Program-made: the position numbers and the translations under genes
Source of the DNA: a virus
Lineage: Duplodnaviria > Caudoviricetes
IMG/VR virus record: IMGVR_UViG_3300032259_000002
Location: 1 to 64,000 of that record
Length of the DNA: 64,000 nucleotides
Reading direction: 5' to 3' (one strand)
The notes under the pieces: model-generated
Database searches by the model: none
What the model was told of the DNA's origin: nothing
What the model saw: only the letters and a program-made list of their open reading frames with translations
In this document: positions 18,631-28,986 of the stretch, piece after piece
Position numbering within the stretch: position 1 is the stretch's first letter
Layout: each line of letters opens with the position of its first letter

Positions 18631-21312
18631 CTAAATATTTAATAAAAATTCTTGTGCCTGGGCAGTGGCTTCTACTTGAGCAGCTTCTATTATAGCCCTT
18701 AATATTTCTTGTAAATGAGGTTCCAATCCCTCTGCTGTTACGTTAATTATTGCCTCGCCTCGATCTAATGCTTCCCTTCTTGCGTCTAAAATGTCAATCT
18801 GAGCCCTGGTCAATTCTTCCTGAAGTATTACCTGTCTTTCTCTTAAGTCAATCTCCCTATTAATCGCATTCCTTATGTCCAGAGATACTCCGGGAGCAGT
18901 ACCTTCTGATAAAACTTTGAAAAGATTAACAATGCTATTACCAGTAGATTCAATCCCTATCTGTATAGTATCAGTCAATGCTTTGAATTTTTCAGTAGCT
19001 GCTTCTATCTGAGCAAGATCTACTTTTGTTTTCAATTCAAAAAGAGAAACCCTTTCCTTACTTTGAATTTCCTCAATACCTAACTTGAATTTAGTTAAGG
19101 CCTCTACTCTTTTGGTAAGAGCTTTTTCTGCTTCTTTATCTTTACTTATTCTTTTATCAGTCTCTTTATTAAGAGCAATAAATCCTTTAGCTGCTTCACC
19201 AGTAATTCTGGTTCCATCTTCTAAAGTAAGAAATAATTCTTTGGTAACTTCTCCAGCAGATCCAAGAGCTTCAGAATAATCACTACCTACTTTCACTACT
19301 TCGCCACCAACTACCCTCCATTCTTCTCCAAGAGCTTCAGCTAATTTAGTATTTCTTTCTAAACTCTCTGCTACTGAATCAGCACTGGATTCTATCTCCT
19401 CCCCGGTATCACTAAAAGTCTCACCAAGACCACCTATTGATTCTTCTATATTTTCATTAACCCCTAAAATAGCCCCTCCAGCTATTTCATATTTTCCGGC
19501 AACCTGATCAAAGAAAACATCCCCAGCCCTTAAAGATTCTTTAAAGCTTTCAATTGTTTCAAAACCTAATCTTTTAAAAGCAAAAGAGGCAGTTTCAATC
19601 TCTTTAGGTAATTTACTTAATTTATTTTCAGCTGCTTCGGCTTCAGCTACAAAGGCCCCAAAAGCTAAAGCAGAAGTCCCCAGAGCAATTGCAATACCTA
19701 CCGGGCCGGTCAATGCCCCTAATAATAATTTTAAAGGCCCTCCTACGCCTGCTAAAGCACTTACTGCCGCACCAACTGAGGCTATTGCCGGCGCAAAGGT
19801 ATTCAAAGCCAAAGCAGCCCCACCAACAGTACCTACTAATTGCTGAGTTCCATCATCCAAGTCACCATAAAACTGTATAACATCGATAATCACTCCACCA
19901 ACGGTACCAAGAACAGAGAAAATACCTTCAGTAGTCTGAATAAAACTAGCACCCACATCTATTAGGTTATTAATAGCAATTGCCAAATCCTCTGGCTTAC
20001 TTAAATCCAAACCATCGAATAAAGTAGAAGCCCCTTCGAATATTTCCTCAAGAGCTCTCACAATGGGAGAAAAGTCAACATCTTCCCAGGCTTCCGGAAG
20101 GGCCAAAGCTATTCCCTTAAGAACTCCTTCCAGTTTTACTAACTGAGGAGTAATAGCCTCAATAAAAGGATCTAATCCACCACTCACTACTAACTCAGAA
20201 AAAGCTTGCTCAATTTCTCTTATTCCTACAATGGCCCCGGCAAGTTCCGGTTTAAACCTATCTCCTATATTTCTCGTGAGTATATTAAATGCTTCCCCGG
20301 CTTTATCAATTTGCTTCTCTGTTGCTGCTATTCTGACATTAAATTCTTTTTGAGCTGAACCTGCTGCTGTTGTTTGATCAGAAAGTACTTTGTTTACCCC
20401 TGCTAAGTTACCCAAGGATTCCGAAAGCCTGGCGGCTTGTCTCTCTCCAGCAAGTATTGATAGGGTGGCTACTTGCTGAGTAGAATCTAATTTAGATAAA
20501 GCTTCAATGACTTCAAAAACAATGTCCCTACCTTTTCTTAATTGTCCCCCACTTGTTTCTACTGCTACTCCTAATCTTTTCAATTCATCTTTTGCCGGGC
20601 CAGTGGGAACTATTAAACTAGTAAGGGCTATTTTAAGGGCATTTCCTGCTTCAGCTCCACTGCCAAAAGTTTCGATGATAGGAGTTAAAAGAGCATTCGT
20701 TTCTTCAAAACTGAGACCCAATTTACCAGCAATAGGTGATAGCTCAGAAAATCCAATGGCCAATTGCCTAACATTGGTAGCATTCTTATTTGAAACTTCA
20801 TTAAATAGATCTAAAATTCTAGAGGCATCACTTGCTTCTGCTTTATACCCTTTTAAAGAGCGTATAAGAAGATCAGTAGCTTCAACCACTTCTAATTCAC
20901 TGATAACTGAAGCAGTTAAAGCATCTTCTTGTAATTTAAAAGCATCAACTACTGAAAAGCCGGCCTGTTTAATATTTGATGCTCCATTTAATATCTCAGT
21001 AGCAGATTCACCAAATTTAAGAGAAAGCCTATCAACTTGTTCAGTAAAATCTGAAGCATTCCCCTCATTCTCTGCCAATACCTTTTGAAGATCTAAAAGA
21101 GCGGATTCGAACTTTACAGATTCATTGAAAGCTTTTCCAGCAAAAGCTGCTCCAATAGCCAGAACAGCTCCTTCTAAAAGAAGAAACTTTTTAGTAACAT
21201 CAGCTATAGGAGCAGATAAGTCTTCAAGGCCTTTTCCAAGACCTTCAATCGTATTTCCTGTTTTATCTGTTGCTAAGAAAAGTATTTCTACGGTCTCTTT
21301 TAAGTTCGGCAT
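18631..21312 (-). CDS. Tail tape measure protein (TP901-type)
   Basis: Ala/Gly-rich helical 893 aa with TP901-like core; follows the chaperone genes. Confidence 0.9.
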   Translation of the reverse strand: MPNLKETVEILFLATDKTGNTIEGLGKGLEDLSAPIADVTKKFLLLEGAVLAIGAAFAGKAFNESVKFESALLDLQKVLAENEGNASDFTEQVDRLSLKFGESATEILNGASNIKQAGFSVVDAFKLQEDALTASVISELEVVEATDLLIRSLKGYKAEASDASRILDLFNEVSNKNATNVRQLAIGFSELSPIAGKLGLSFEETNALLTPIIETFGSGAEAGNALKIALTSLIVPTGPAKDELKRLGVAVETSGGQLRKGRDIVFEVIEALSKLDSTQQVATLSILAGERQAARLSESLGNLAGVNKVLSDQTTAAGSAQKEFNVRIAATEKQIDKAGEAFNILTRNIGDRFKPELAGAIVGIREIEQAFSELVVSGGLDPFIEAITPQLVKLEGVLKGIALALPEAWEDVDFSPIVRALEEIFEGASTLFDGLDLSKPEDLAIAINNLIDVGASFIQTTEGIFSVLGTVGGVIIDVIQFYGDLDDGTQQLVGTVGGAALALNTFAPAIASVGAAVSALAGVGGPLKLLLGALTGPVGIAIALGTSALAFGAFVAEAEAAENKLSKLPKEIETASFAFKRLGFETIESFKESLRAGDVFFDQVAGKYEIAGGAILGVNENIEESIGGLGETFSDTGEEIESSADSVAESLERNTKLAEALGEEWRVVGGEVVKVGSDYSEALGSAGEVTKELFLTLEDGTRITGEAAKGFIALNKETDKRISKDKEAEKALTKRVEALTKFKLGIEEIQSKERVSLFELKTKVDLAQIEAATEKFKALTDTIQIGIESTGNSIVNLFKVLSEGTAPGVSLDIRNAINREIDLRERQVILQEELTRAQIDILDARREALDRGEAIINVTAEGLEPHLQEILRAIIEAAQVEATAQAQEFLLNI

Positions 21313-21491
21313 GCTTTTTCCCTTAATCTTTTTTGGTTATAATAAATTCCCCAAAGATCGATTTCAGTTACTGTTAAATAGCCCTCTGGAAATATATCTG
21401 GTCTTGTTTCAAAAAGATAGTTGCTCTTTAAATCGGCAAGAGTCATACTTGCTTGGATTCCTGGGTCTCTCCAGAGGGCTTCTGCTTTCCC
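21300..21491 (-). CDS. Tail assembly chaperone -1 frameshift extension (gpT-like)
   Basis: Slippery G GGA AAG at 21485-21491; the -1 frame is open: GKAEALWRDPGIQASMTLADLKSNYLFETRPDIFPEGYLTVTEIDLWGIYYNQKRLREKACRT*. Confidence 0.8.
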   Translation of the reverse strand, partial: GKAEALWRDPGIQASMTLADLKSNYLFETRPDIFPEGYLTVTEIDLWGIYYNQKRLREKACRT

Positions 21492-21919
21492 ATTACCTGA
21501 CCTAATCCGGTAAGCTCTGTTATTTTATTAGAAAGCGAATAAAAGGCCGTGGGATAAACTTCCCCCATTTTAACTATAAGCTCCCTGGGAAGTTTGGGCT
21601 CTACCGATCCGTAAATAATAAGCTCAATCCTTCTCTGGATATCGGAATTAACTTCCTCCCCATATCCCAGTTGCTCCTTTAAAGCAGAAACTATATCCTG
21701 CTCATTCATAGTTGTTAAAGCAGTTAAAAGGCTTTCTGCTATTTTATTAGTCTTAGCGGCATCATTAGTTCTCGCCACTTCATCAGCAGTAAGTCCTCTA
21801 ACTTTAAAAATAGGTTTCTCATCTTCAGGAAAAAAAGAAGAGAATTCCTTAATTTCAATTTTCTCTGTTCTTGGTTCAAATCCAGCCCTTGCAAATCCGT
21901 TCGAATCAAATCCCTTCAT
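21443..21919 (-). CDS. Tail assembly chaperone (gpG-like)
   Basis: Between tail tube and TMP; carries the GGGAAAG slippery site near its 3' end. Confidence 0.8.
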   Translation of the reverse strand: MKGFDSNGFARAGFEPRTEKIEIKEFSSFFPEDEKPIFKVRGLTADEVARTNDAAKTNKIAESLLTALTTMNEQDIVSALKEQLGYGEEVNSDIQRRIELIIYGSVEPKLPRELIVKMGEVYPTAFYSLSNKITELTGLGQVMGKQKPSGETQESKQV

Positions 21920-21945
21920 TTCTCTCTCCCTTATTAGCCTATAGT

Positions 21946-21977
21946 AAGTAGGTAGGGGAAAATACCCCTACCTACTT
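21946..21977 (-). terminator. Hairpin after the major tail gene
   Basis: 13-bp inverted repeat aagtaggtagggg/cccctacctactt. Confidence 0.65.
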
Positions 21978-21988
21978 AAGTAAATCAA

Positions 21989-22981
21989 TTAAGAAGCATT
22001 ACCTACTGATTCCTCGCTTGATGAAATAGTACAGGCCGACTGAATAGAGTCCCCAGCAGGGAAAGTTCTACCAAGACCCAGTTTTCCATTAGCAAGAATG
22101 TAGGGGGCTTTGTTCTTATCTGGCCAAAACTTGAACCAGATAGTCTCATCCGCTTCTTTTACAATAGTATCAGTGATACCATCTTTCAGAAAAGCAGTAA
22201 ATCCACCAGCACCGAGTGATTTAGAAACACTTCCTATGGTAGCCTGATAGACCTGAGTAGATCCTACCGAATGTGTGACCTCTGGTGGTACGAAATCACT
22301 GGCAAGAGGTACATCTACGAAGATTGGCTCAAAGCTCTTAACAAATACCTTTTTCGGAACTGCTCCTGTATGGATCAAAGGAAGGGCGCTGGAGAACTCA
22401 ATATCCCCGGTAGAAATTTTCTCTTCCCAGACAGGAAAATCATATCTTTCTTGATGCTGATTAACTACTGCAAAGATCTCAGTGGCTAGAATAGGGGCAG
22501 CTACGTTGGAGGTGGTTCTTACCTGGGCAATCTCAACGGAATCTACGGGAATCAAAGGAGGCCCACCTGCTGCTCCTCTGGTCTCTGAAAAAGAAGTGCT
22601 GTCTGTTCCGGCAACTACCGCGATAGATCCACCGGCATTAACGGTAATAGAATTTATTATGTGAGTATCTGCTGCAACGGCTCTGGTTATTGCGGTGCCG
22701 GCTGCTGCTGATACTGCTGTTTTGACTCCAGCAAGATAGACAGATGCGGCGGCTACATCTACCTGGTCATTAGTGGCCCCTGCTTCCGGAGTAACAACTC
22801 CGCCGGTATCCAGTCCATTTGGTTTTACATCAGGAGTAAAACCTGCTTTCTGGCTAAATAAGGCCATTGTTCCTTCAAAAGTTATTTGATCACCACTGTC
22901 AGAGAATTCCTCCCAATCAAACAGGGTTTGACCGGCCTCATGTTGAAGCCTTGCATTTTCTGCTGTATTACTTTTTCCCAT
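21989..22981 (-). CDS. Major tail tube protein
   Basis: 330 aa, Ala/Thr/Gly-rich; canonical position before the chaperones. Confidence 0.7.
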   Translation of the reverse strand: MGKSNTAENARLQHEAGQTLFDWEEFSDSGDQITFEGTMALFSQKAGFTPDVKPNGLDTGGVVTPEAGATNDQVDVAAASVYLAGVKTAVSAAAGTAITRAVAADTHIINSITVNAGGSIAVVAGTDSTSFSETRGAAGGPPLIPVDSVEIAQVRTTSNVAAPILATEIFAVVNQHQERYDFPVWEEKISTGDIEFSSALPLIHTGAVPKKVFVKSFEPIFVDVPLASDFVPPEVTHSVGSTQVYQATIGSVSKSLGAGGFTAFLKDGITDTIVKEADETIWFKFWPDKNKAPYILANGKLGLGRTFPAGDSIQSACTISSSEESVGNAS

Positions 22982-23177
22982 CTGTCTTACCTCCTTTTCT
23001 TGTTCTTCTTTCTGATTTTATTTCTTCAACTTTAATGGCCAATCCTTCTTCCACCATTTTTTCTCCAAAAGAATCCGAAACTTTGTAAACTCTTCCAGCA
23101 GTGAATACCTCTACTGACCCATCTGAGCTATTCTCTGCTTCCGTATCTCTATAAGTATTTTTAAAACTTATCTCCAT
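22968..23177 (-). CDS. Small morphogenesis-region protein
   Basis: 69-aa ORF with AGGAGG SD. Confidence 0.55.
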   Translation of the reverse strand: MEISFKNTYRDTEAENSSDGSVEVFTAGRVYKVSDSFGEKMVEEGLAIKVEEIKSERRTRKGGKTDGKK

Positions 23178-23202
23178 AATTAAACCTCCTTTCTAGATTT
23201 AC

Positions 23203-23613
23203 TTAAACAGTTCCTTTATCTGTTTCATAAAAGTTTTTATAAATCAAAGACCATCCCTGTAATTCTTGATCAGAATCTACTACAAAAAGTTCAGAGGTAA
23301 GTCTATAAAGATTTTCTACAAACTCAGTAGCCACATATCTTGCATAAATAGCAGAATTTACTTTATCAAGAAGATCCTCCATGTCAGCACCACGAGCCCA
23401 TACCTGAACGATGATTTCCCAATCCCAGGATTCCTGTCCATACTTAAATTCAGCTCTTCTCTCTGCTCCAGAAAAAATCCATATAGCTGGTAACTTGGTA
23501 TCCTGTAAATCACGGGTATCCAATTTATTCACTTCTACCGAAACAATATCTGCCGGAACCAAAGTATTAAGAGCCGTTTCATAATGACCTAAAATAGTAG
23601 TTCTTGTGCTCAT
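23203..23613 (-). CDS. Tail terminator-like protein
   Basis: LPAIWI motif, size and synteny. Confidence 0.6.
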   Translation of the reverse strand: MSTRTTILGHYETALNTLVPADIVSVEVNKLDTRDLQDTKLPAIWIFSGAERRAEFKYGQESWDWEIIVQVWARGADMEDLLDKVNSAIYARYVATEFVENLYRLTSELFVVDSDQELQGWSLIYKNFYETDKGTV

Positions 23614-24221
23614 AAGGTATCTCCTAAAGTTTTACTTATGGCTTTTCTATAATCGGTAGCTATTCTTTTTATATTCTTTGCTAAAATATCTTCTGGGTGC
23701 ACCCTTGTTGGTACTTCCACTTCTTTTAATAACAAAAAGAAGGGCTCAATCGCTGCCTTTGATACTCTAGCCAAAATAAGATTGCCCTTTCTTGATCGAA
23801 TAGGTGTTAAATCCGGGACAGCTCTTGGAGAGCTATATTTAGGTACTCCTGCTGCTGATAAAGCGGCTCCTATGGGAATAGCCAGGTAATCACTGGTAAT
23901 AGGTTTTATTTTAGTTACTTGTCCCTTTTTTCCCACATGAGTTCTGGCATAAGAAGAAGCAAAGCGGGTACCGCCTTTCATTTTTTGACTATAGGCAATA
24001 GGTTTTATGGGTATAGTTAATCTTCTTAAAGATCCAGATCTTACTGCTAATCTCGTAGCAGAAGTTCCTCCCGTTAAATGATTCTTTACAATATAATTGG
24101 TCAGTTTGTCACTCTGCCTTTTTGTTTCACTCAATAAGGCATTTTCTAATTCTGGTGTAAGTTTATCCAGTTTTAGAATTAAACCATTATCTTTTATTTG
24201 TATAAAATCTGTCTCAGCCAT
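23610..24221 (-). CDS. HK97 gp10-like neck/tail-completion protein
   Basis: VRSGSLRR and YARTH motifs; synteny. Confidence 0.6.
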   Translation of the reverse strand: MAETDFIQIKDNGLILKLDKLTPELENALLSETKRQSDKLTNYIVKNHLTGGTSATRLAVRSGSLRRLTIPIKPIAYSQKMKGGTRFASSYARTHVGKKGQVTKIKPITSDYLAIPIGAALSAAGVPKYSSPRAVPDLTPIRSRKGNLILARVSKAAIEPFFLLLKEVEVPTRVHPEDILAKNIKRIATDYRKAISKTLGDTL

Positions 24222-24222
24222 T

Positions 24223-24792
24223 TTATCTCCTATCTCCTATCTTTCTATGGGGTAAGAGTGAATTTTTAACATTAGGGAGTAAATCAATTGCTTTCACATA
24301 ATTTATATTTCCATCTGGGGTATTGACACCAGAAGAACCAAGATCTCTTCTTCTTTTAAAGGCATAAGCACACTGCTGAATACAAGCCTGCTTTATATCA
24401 TCCGGTACTGCTAAAACACCAGCAGCCTCGGCATAACCACCTGTCCATGATATCTTGATAATCTTTGGACGGTATTTCATAGTCTCGTAAGTAAACTCAA
24501 TAAGACCTTCATCTTCAAAAATATAATAATCGCTATCAGCAGTTTGAACAGAATCATCTTCCTCTATTATCGGTGCTGGGCTGGGGTTAATAGGGTAAGC
24601 CGGGAGGTAATAGTACCTCCGGCCACCAGAAAAATAATCTACTCTAGCTTCTTCCTTCAATTTTCTATTTAAAAACGTTTCTATTTGAGAACTCACATGT
24701 GGTATAATTTGATTAAACAAAGTATCGAAACCAGTACCATCTTGTTCCAAGAATGTTTTTAAATCATCAAGAGAAATTAGCTGAATAGACAT
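24223..24792 (-). CDS. Head-tail connector (gp6-like)
   Basis: ISLDDLKTFL start, YTGGY-like motif, VPDDIKQAC. Confidence 0.75.
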   Translation of the reverse strand: MSIQLISLDDLKTFLEQDGTGFDTLFNQIIPHVSSQIETFLNRKLKEEARVDYFSGGRRYYYLPAYPINPSPAPIIEEDDSVQTADSDYYIFEDEGLIEFTYETMKYRPKIIKISWTGGYAEAAGVLAVPDDIKQACIQQCAYAFKRRRDLGSSGVNTPDGNINYVKAIDLLPNVKNSLLPHRKIGDRR

Positions 24793-24795
24793 TTT

Positions 24796-25149
24796 TTACC
24801 CTCTTTTCTTTCTTTTAGAACTTTTAACAGCTCTATCTTTTTTTGGAGAAGCTACCGCCTCGTTTTCTGTATCGGGATCTTCCTCTTCCTCTTCTTCCTC
24901 TCCTACTTCTACTTCTTCAGAAGAATCTTCTTTTTCGTCATCCTTACTATCTTCTTCCAAGGTCACCTCTTCTACCGAATCCTCTGGTTTATCTGAAGAC
25001 TCTTGTTTCTGGGAATCTTTCAGAACTTCCACTTTCCACTTTTGAGAATTAACCTCTTCAGGAGTAGCATCTGCGATAATACTACCATCACCAACAGAAA
25101 TACCATTACTACGAAAGAACTGATAACCTTTTCTTACTTTTACTCTCAT
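24796..25149 (-). CDS. Acidic head-region protein
   Basis: Glu-rich centre and basic tail. Confidence 0.6.
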   Translation of the reverse strand: MRVKVRKGYQFFRSNGISVGDGSIIADATPEEVNSQKWKVEVLKDSQKQESSDKPEDSVEEVTLEEDSKDDEKEDSSEEVEVGEEEEEEEDPDTENEAVASPKKDRAVKSSKRKKRG

Positions 25150-25181
25150 TTTTCTCTCCCTTCTTTTTATCTTGTTTATAA

Positions 25182-25215
25182 AAAAGAGAGGGGCTTATCT
25201 CATCCCCTCTCTTTT
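25182..25215 (-). terminator. Rho-independent terminator
   Basis: aaaagagagggg/cccctctctttt inverted repeat with T-tract. Confidence 0.65.
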
Positions 25216-25242
25216 AGGGACTTTATACTATCTTAATAAAAC

Positions 25243-25650
25243 TTAAACAGCCGGCAAAATGTTAGACTGGGCCAGAGCACAAGTTGCCGCCTTAAGTAAC
25301 GTTGGAGATGATCCACCTGTAAAGGTAACCGTAGAGGAAAGACGAAGATACCTTTTTCTGCTTCTCAAATCCATGTTAAGCTCGTTCTCCTGACCAGCAG
25401 CAGGATCTTGAACTGCCAGAGTAGCGCCAGTAACGGCAGCAGCATCAGACAAATCAGAAGCATCCCCTTCTTCGATGATAACAGCATCATCTACCTGGGT
25501 AGGGCTTCCTCCTGTGGCTCCGTAGAGCATGGCAAAAACACAGCTATCGAATCCAAGAGTATCGATGATGTTACCAGCATCCAAGGTGCCGGAATCACTC
25601 TGAGGATCAAGAGCATTTAATACTTTAATTTCTCCACCTGCTTCTTTCAT
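25243..25650 (-). CDS. Capsid decoration-like protein
   Basis: IDTLGF and RYLRL motifs; immediately after the major capsid gene. Confidence 0.55.
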   Translation of the reverse strand: MKEAGGEIKVLNALDPQSDSGTLDAGNIIDTLGFDSCVFAMLYGATGGSPTQVDDAVIIEEGDASDLSDAAAVTGATLAVQDPAAGQENELNMDLRSRKRYLRLSSTVTFTGGSSPTLLKAATCALAQSNILPAV

Positions 25651-25684
25651 AATTTACTCCTTCCTTTTATCTATTAAAAATTTG

Positions 25685-25718
25685 ATTAACCGGGGATTAA
25701 TATTAATCCCCGGTTAAT
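25685..25718. repeat. Perfect 34-bp palindrome after the capsid gene
   Basis: attaaccggggattaat/attaatccccggttaat, no spacer. Confidence 0.9.
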
Positions 25719-25725
25719 AGGTTAA

Positions 25726-26937
25726 TTAAACAGTTTCAGCATCATTTACCAAACAGAAGCTTTTCGCATGCCTGAGGGCAATATCAACTTCCTGAATTAC
25801 TCTGATCCAGGTCTGTACCTTCTGGAAAGCATCAGAGGTTTCGCTGGAAGCCATGAACTCAAGACCTCCCCACTGACCAATAATGAGTTCCTGCCAGTTA
25901 CCAAGGTAAACTTCAGAAAGATTGGTACCACCACCCTTTGCAAGATTTGTTGGAATCTGGCTGGTAGCAGAAAGAGGATAACCAAGCTGCTCGGCAAGAG
26001 CTGCATCGGACATGATCGGATTGAAAATATACTCACCATCTGTCTGAGCAGAATACTGAGCAATCCTGATCCTCTTCAGCTTTCTTTTTACCTTACCATG
26101 CATGATGTAACCAATACGACCATCAAGGGCATTCTCATCTTCCAGCTTACCTTCCATATCGGAAGCAACGTCCCAATCAAAAAGACCGCCGTTCGCGCCG
26201 ATGGCCACCGTATTGATTCCTGGAGTATTTGCGATACCCATTGGCTGATTGGCAGAACCAGATCCACGAAGAGCAGCAAGGTCAATTGCAAGGGCAATAA
26301 CCTGGGCAAGATCCCTTCTTACCATCGCTTCACCTGAAGGATTGGAAAGATTCATGAACCTGTTAGACATCTTCACCATTGCGGCTACCTGCTTGGGAGT
26401 CAAATTGAGCTGACCAAAAGCTTGCTGACTTTCAGTAATATCAGCATTCTCTCCTACCCAATAGGCAGTTGCTCCACCATCCTGTCTTGGAATCTCAACA
26501 GGAGAACCTACCAGCCCATCAAGGACGGTAGCACCCATTCCAATTACAACAGATTTCGCTCTGAGGATTTCGATGATTTCAGCAATATACTGGCTGGGAA
26601 CGATATAACCGCCAGCAGACCCGGTTCCAGTCTCAAGAGCCCTCTTTCTGGTCTGATCGAAAACTTCCTTCTCAAAACCAGACTTATCCCAGTCATTTGT
26701 AGCAATGCCGTAGAAAGCCTTGAGGAAAGAAAACTGCTCCTTACCTTCATCAACACCGGGAAGATCAATCAGCTTGCTATGCTTCTGCTTGATACTTGTT
26801 TCTATAGCAGCAAGTCTGGTCTCCAGCTCCTCGATCTTATCAAGAGCCTTCATCTTCTCTTCCATTGTAGTTTTTTGATCCCCCAGCATCTTCTCTGTTG
26901 CCTGAATTGCTGCCAGAATTTCTGCAATTTTATCCAT
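25726..26937 (-). CDS. Major capsid protein (HK97 fold)
   Basis: Coiled-coil delta domain, GGYIVP, AYWVGE, F.Q.NL.PKQVAAMV. Confidence 0.92.
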   Translation of the reverse strand: MDKIAEILAAIQATEKMLGDQKTTMEEKMKALDKIEELETRLAAIETSIKQKHSKLIDLPGVDEGKEQFSFLKAFYGIATNDWDKSGFEKEVFDQTRKRALETGTGSAGGYIVPSQYIAEIIEILRAKSVVIGMGATVLDGLVGSPVEIPRQDGGATAYWVGENADITESQQAFGQLNLTPKQVAAMVKMSNRFMNLSNPSGEAMVRRDLAQVIALAIDLAALRGSGSANQPMGIANTPGINTVAIGANGGLFDWDVASDMEGKLEDENALDGRIGYIMHGKVKRKLKRIRIAQYSAQTDGEYIFNPIMSDAALAEQLGYPLSATSQIPTNLAKGGGTNLSEVYLGNWQELIIGQWGGLEFMASSETSDAFQKVQTWIRVIQEVDIALRHAKSFCLVNDAETV

Positions 26938-27077
26938 TTATTAAATCCTCCTTTATTTTTTGTTTAGTTAAGGTTTATGTATTAATAGTATTTTTGATAT
27001 TTATTCCAAATCGTCTTTTGAGTAGATATATGCTCGCTTAAGGCTACCAATAAAGGTATATGCTCTTTTTCGGCTAC

Positions 27078-28778
27078 CTATTCTCCTGAGATCTTGGAAT
27101 TCATATCATTAATACCGTCCAATATTTTTTCAAATTGTCCTTCTACTTCTTTTTTAGTATCCTCCTTATCCAGTATTTCAACTTCCAAATCATGTACCAC
27201 CGATTTAAGAGCTTCAATTTCTGAGACAAAGCCTTTTACTTTATCCTCAAAATCTTTGTTCATTTTTAAAGACATATCTTCGAAGGTCTTTACTGCCTCT
27301 TTAATAATGGAGTCTATCTGGGCTATTCCTTTTTCAACAGAATCCTCTACTTGATCCAAAGTAAGAGAACTTACTGTATCTTCTATTCCAGAAAGATTTT
27401 TTATCAAAGCAAGGGCTGTGTCTCCATCTTTGCAGCCAGAAACAACATCCTCCATACTCTCATAAAGTTTAAACTCGGGTACCTCTTTATCAAATTCTTT
27501 GTAATGTTTGGAAAGATGGTTGTATATTCCTTTTCTATCAGCTTCGGGAACATCCACCCCGTCTCTGGCACCAAGGAGGGCTCCCATAGCAGCAGCCGTT
27601 CCTCTCCAATGAGTTTTAAGCTCGCCATCCACTACATCATGATGGGGAAGTTTATAAGCCCCGAAGTTCTTAGAATCTTCAGAATCAACCCAGGTAAATC
27701 CTTTAGAATATTTAGACCAATCAATGTTGTCCTTATCAGGTCCTCCTGCCCAAAGTCTCATTCTTCTAGATGCTCTTGCTCCATTCCAAGAAGCTCCTTC
27801 ATCCATGAGGGAATAGCTCTTAAAAGGTATGACCCCCTTAACCTCTTTATCAACTTTACCTTCTTCCTCAGATTTCCCCTCTATATCGGTATCAAGCTCT
27901 TCCCCTTCGTCTGATACCTCTTCTTCATTATCTGCCTGAGTATCGACGTTCTTTTCGCTTGTATTCGGGATTTCTTCACCTTGATCAGAGCCCTCTTCCG
28001 AATCTTGGGCCGTCTTCTCAGATTTCCCCTCTACCTCAAGATCTTCTTCAATCAGCTCTTCCCCATTAAGAGATCTTACTTTATTCAAAATGGTATCAAG
28101 ACCTTCTTCCTGTTTTTTATCCCCTGACCACTCAAATCCTTTTGTCACAGTATCAGCATCTTCTGTTTCAAAGAACTTTTTAAACTTCTCAAGATTCTCT
28201 GTTACCTTCGAATAGATATCTTTAAGTATTGGATCTTCCTGGATCTCTTTGCTATCCAATCCTTTTTGAAGACCATTAGCATTTGCAGGTACAAGAACCT
28301 GACTATTCTCAAGAAGCTCTACCTCGGTGTAAATTAATCTAATATCCTGCATCTGCTTTTTACTATAACCAAGTTCCTTGGCTAAATCTTCGAATCCATC
28401 ATCTCCTTTTCTCAGCCAGCTATGAGGAATAAACCCTACTGAATAAGCAGCAATGCCTTCTTCTGCTAAAAAGAATCCCCAATCTGCTTCCGGATTACCC
28501 TTGCCAACAAAATATTGCATCTTGGCTTCAAGCTCTCCATTGGAATTAACGCCAATCTTCTTTGACTTACCGATCTGATTAAGAAGATTATAATAATTGT
28601 GAGACGAAAGAAGTACCGGATGCTTTTTATAATTCCCCAATCTCTTTGTCCAAGCTTTGGGGTGAATAACTTCTCTGTATCTATCAATACTGGCATCAGA
28701 CATAGTAACGTCAACTGTAAACTCCTCAGAGTCTACGCTCCTCACCTTTCCCATAAAGATTCTTTTCTGCTTATCCAT
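27078..28778 (-). CDS. Prohead protease (HK97 U35-like) with long acidic linker and C-terminal extension
   Basis: DRYREVI, YSVGF, ELLENSQVLVPAN; SD favours ATG 28778. Confidence 0.85.
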   Translation of the reverse strand: MDKQKRIFMGKVRSVDSEEFTVDVTMSDASIDRYREVIHPKAWTKRLGNYKKHPVLLSSHNYYNLLNQIGKSKKIGVNSNGELEAKMQYFVGKGNPEADWGFFLAEEGIAAYSVGFIPHSWLRKGDDGFEDLAKELGYSKKQMQDIRLIYTEVELLENSQVLVPANANGLQKGLDSKEIQEDPILKDIYSKVTENLEKFKKFFETEDADTVTKGFEWSGDKKQEEGLDTILNKVRSLNGEELIEEDLEVEGKSEKTAQDSEEGSDQGEEIPNTSEKNVDTQADNEEEVSDEGEELDTDIEGKSEEEGKVDKEVKGVIPFKSYSLMDEGASWNGARASRRMRLWAGGPDKDNIDWSKYSKGFTWVDSEDSKNFGAYKLPHHDVVDGELKTHWRGTAAAMGALLGARDGVDVPEADRKGIYNHLSKHYKEFDKEVPEFKLYESMEDVVSGCKDGDTALALIKNLSGIEDTVSSLTLDQVEDSVEKGIAQIDSIIKEAVKTFEDMSLKMNKDFEDKVKGFVSEIEALKSVVHDLEVEILDKEDTKKEVEGQFEKILDGINDMNSKISGE

Positions 28779-28986
28779 TAAATACCTCCTCTTCAATTCT
28801 TAATTTTTTAATGACTCAGTTCCGAAATAAAATAGTTCAATCCTTCTTTATATTTTTTACTATTCTTATCATAAACAAAATACCTATTTCCCATAATAAT
28901 GACTTCTACTGGTTTAGAGAAATCCGGAAGCTCGCATTGCCCTATGTAAGTATTTCCCAGATCATATAGTTTTACTTTCTGCATCT

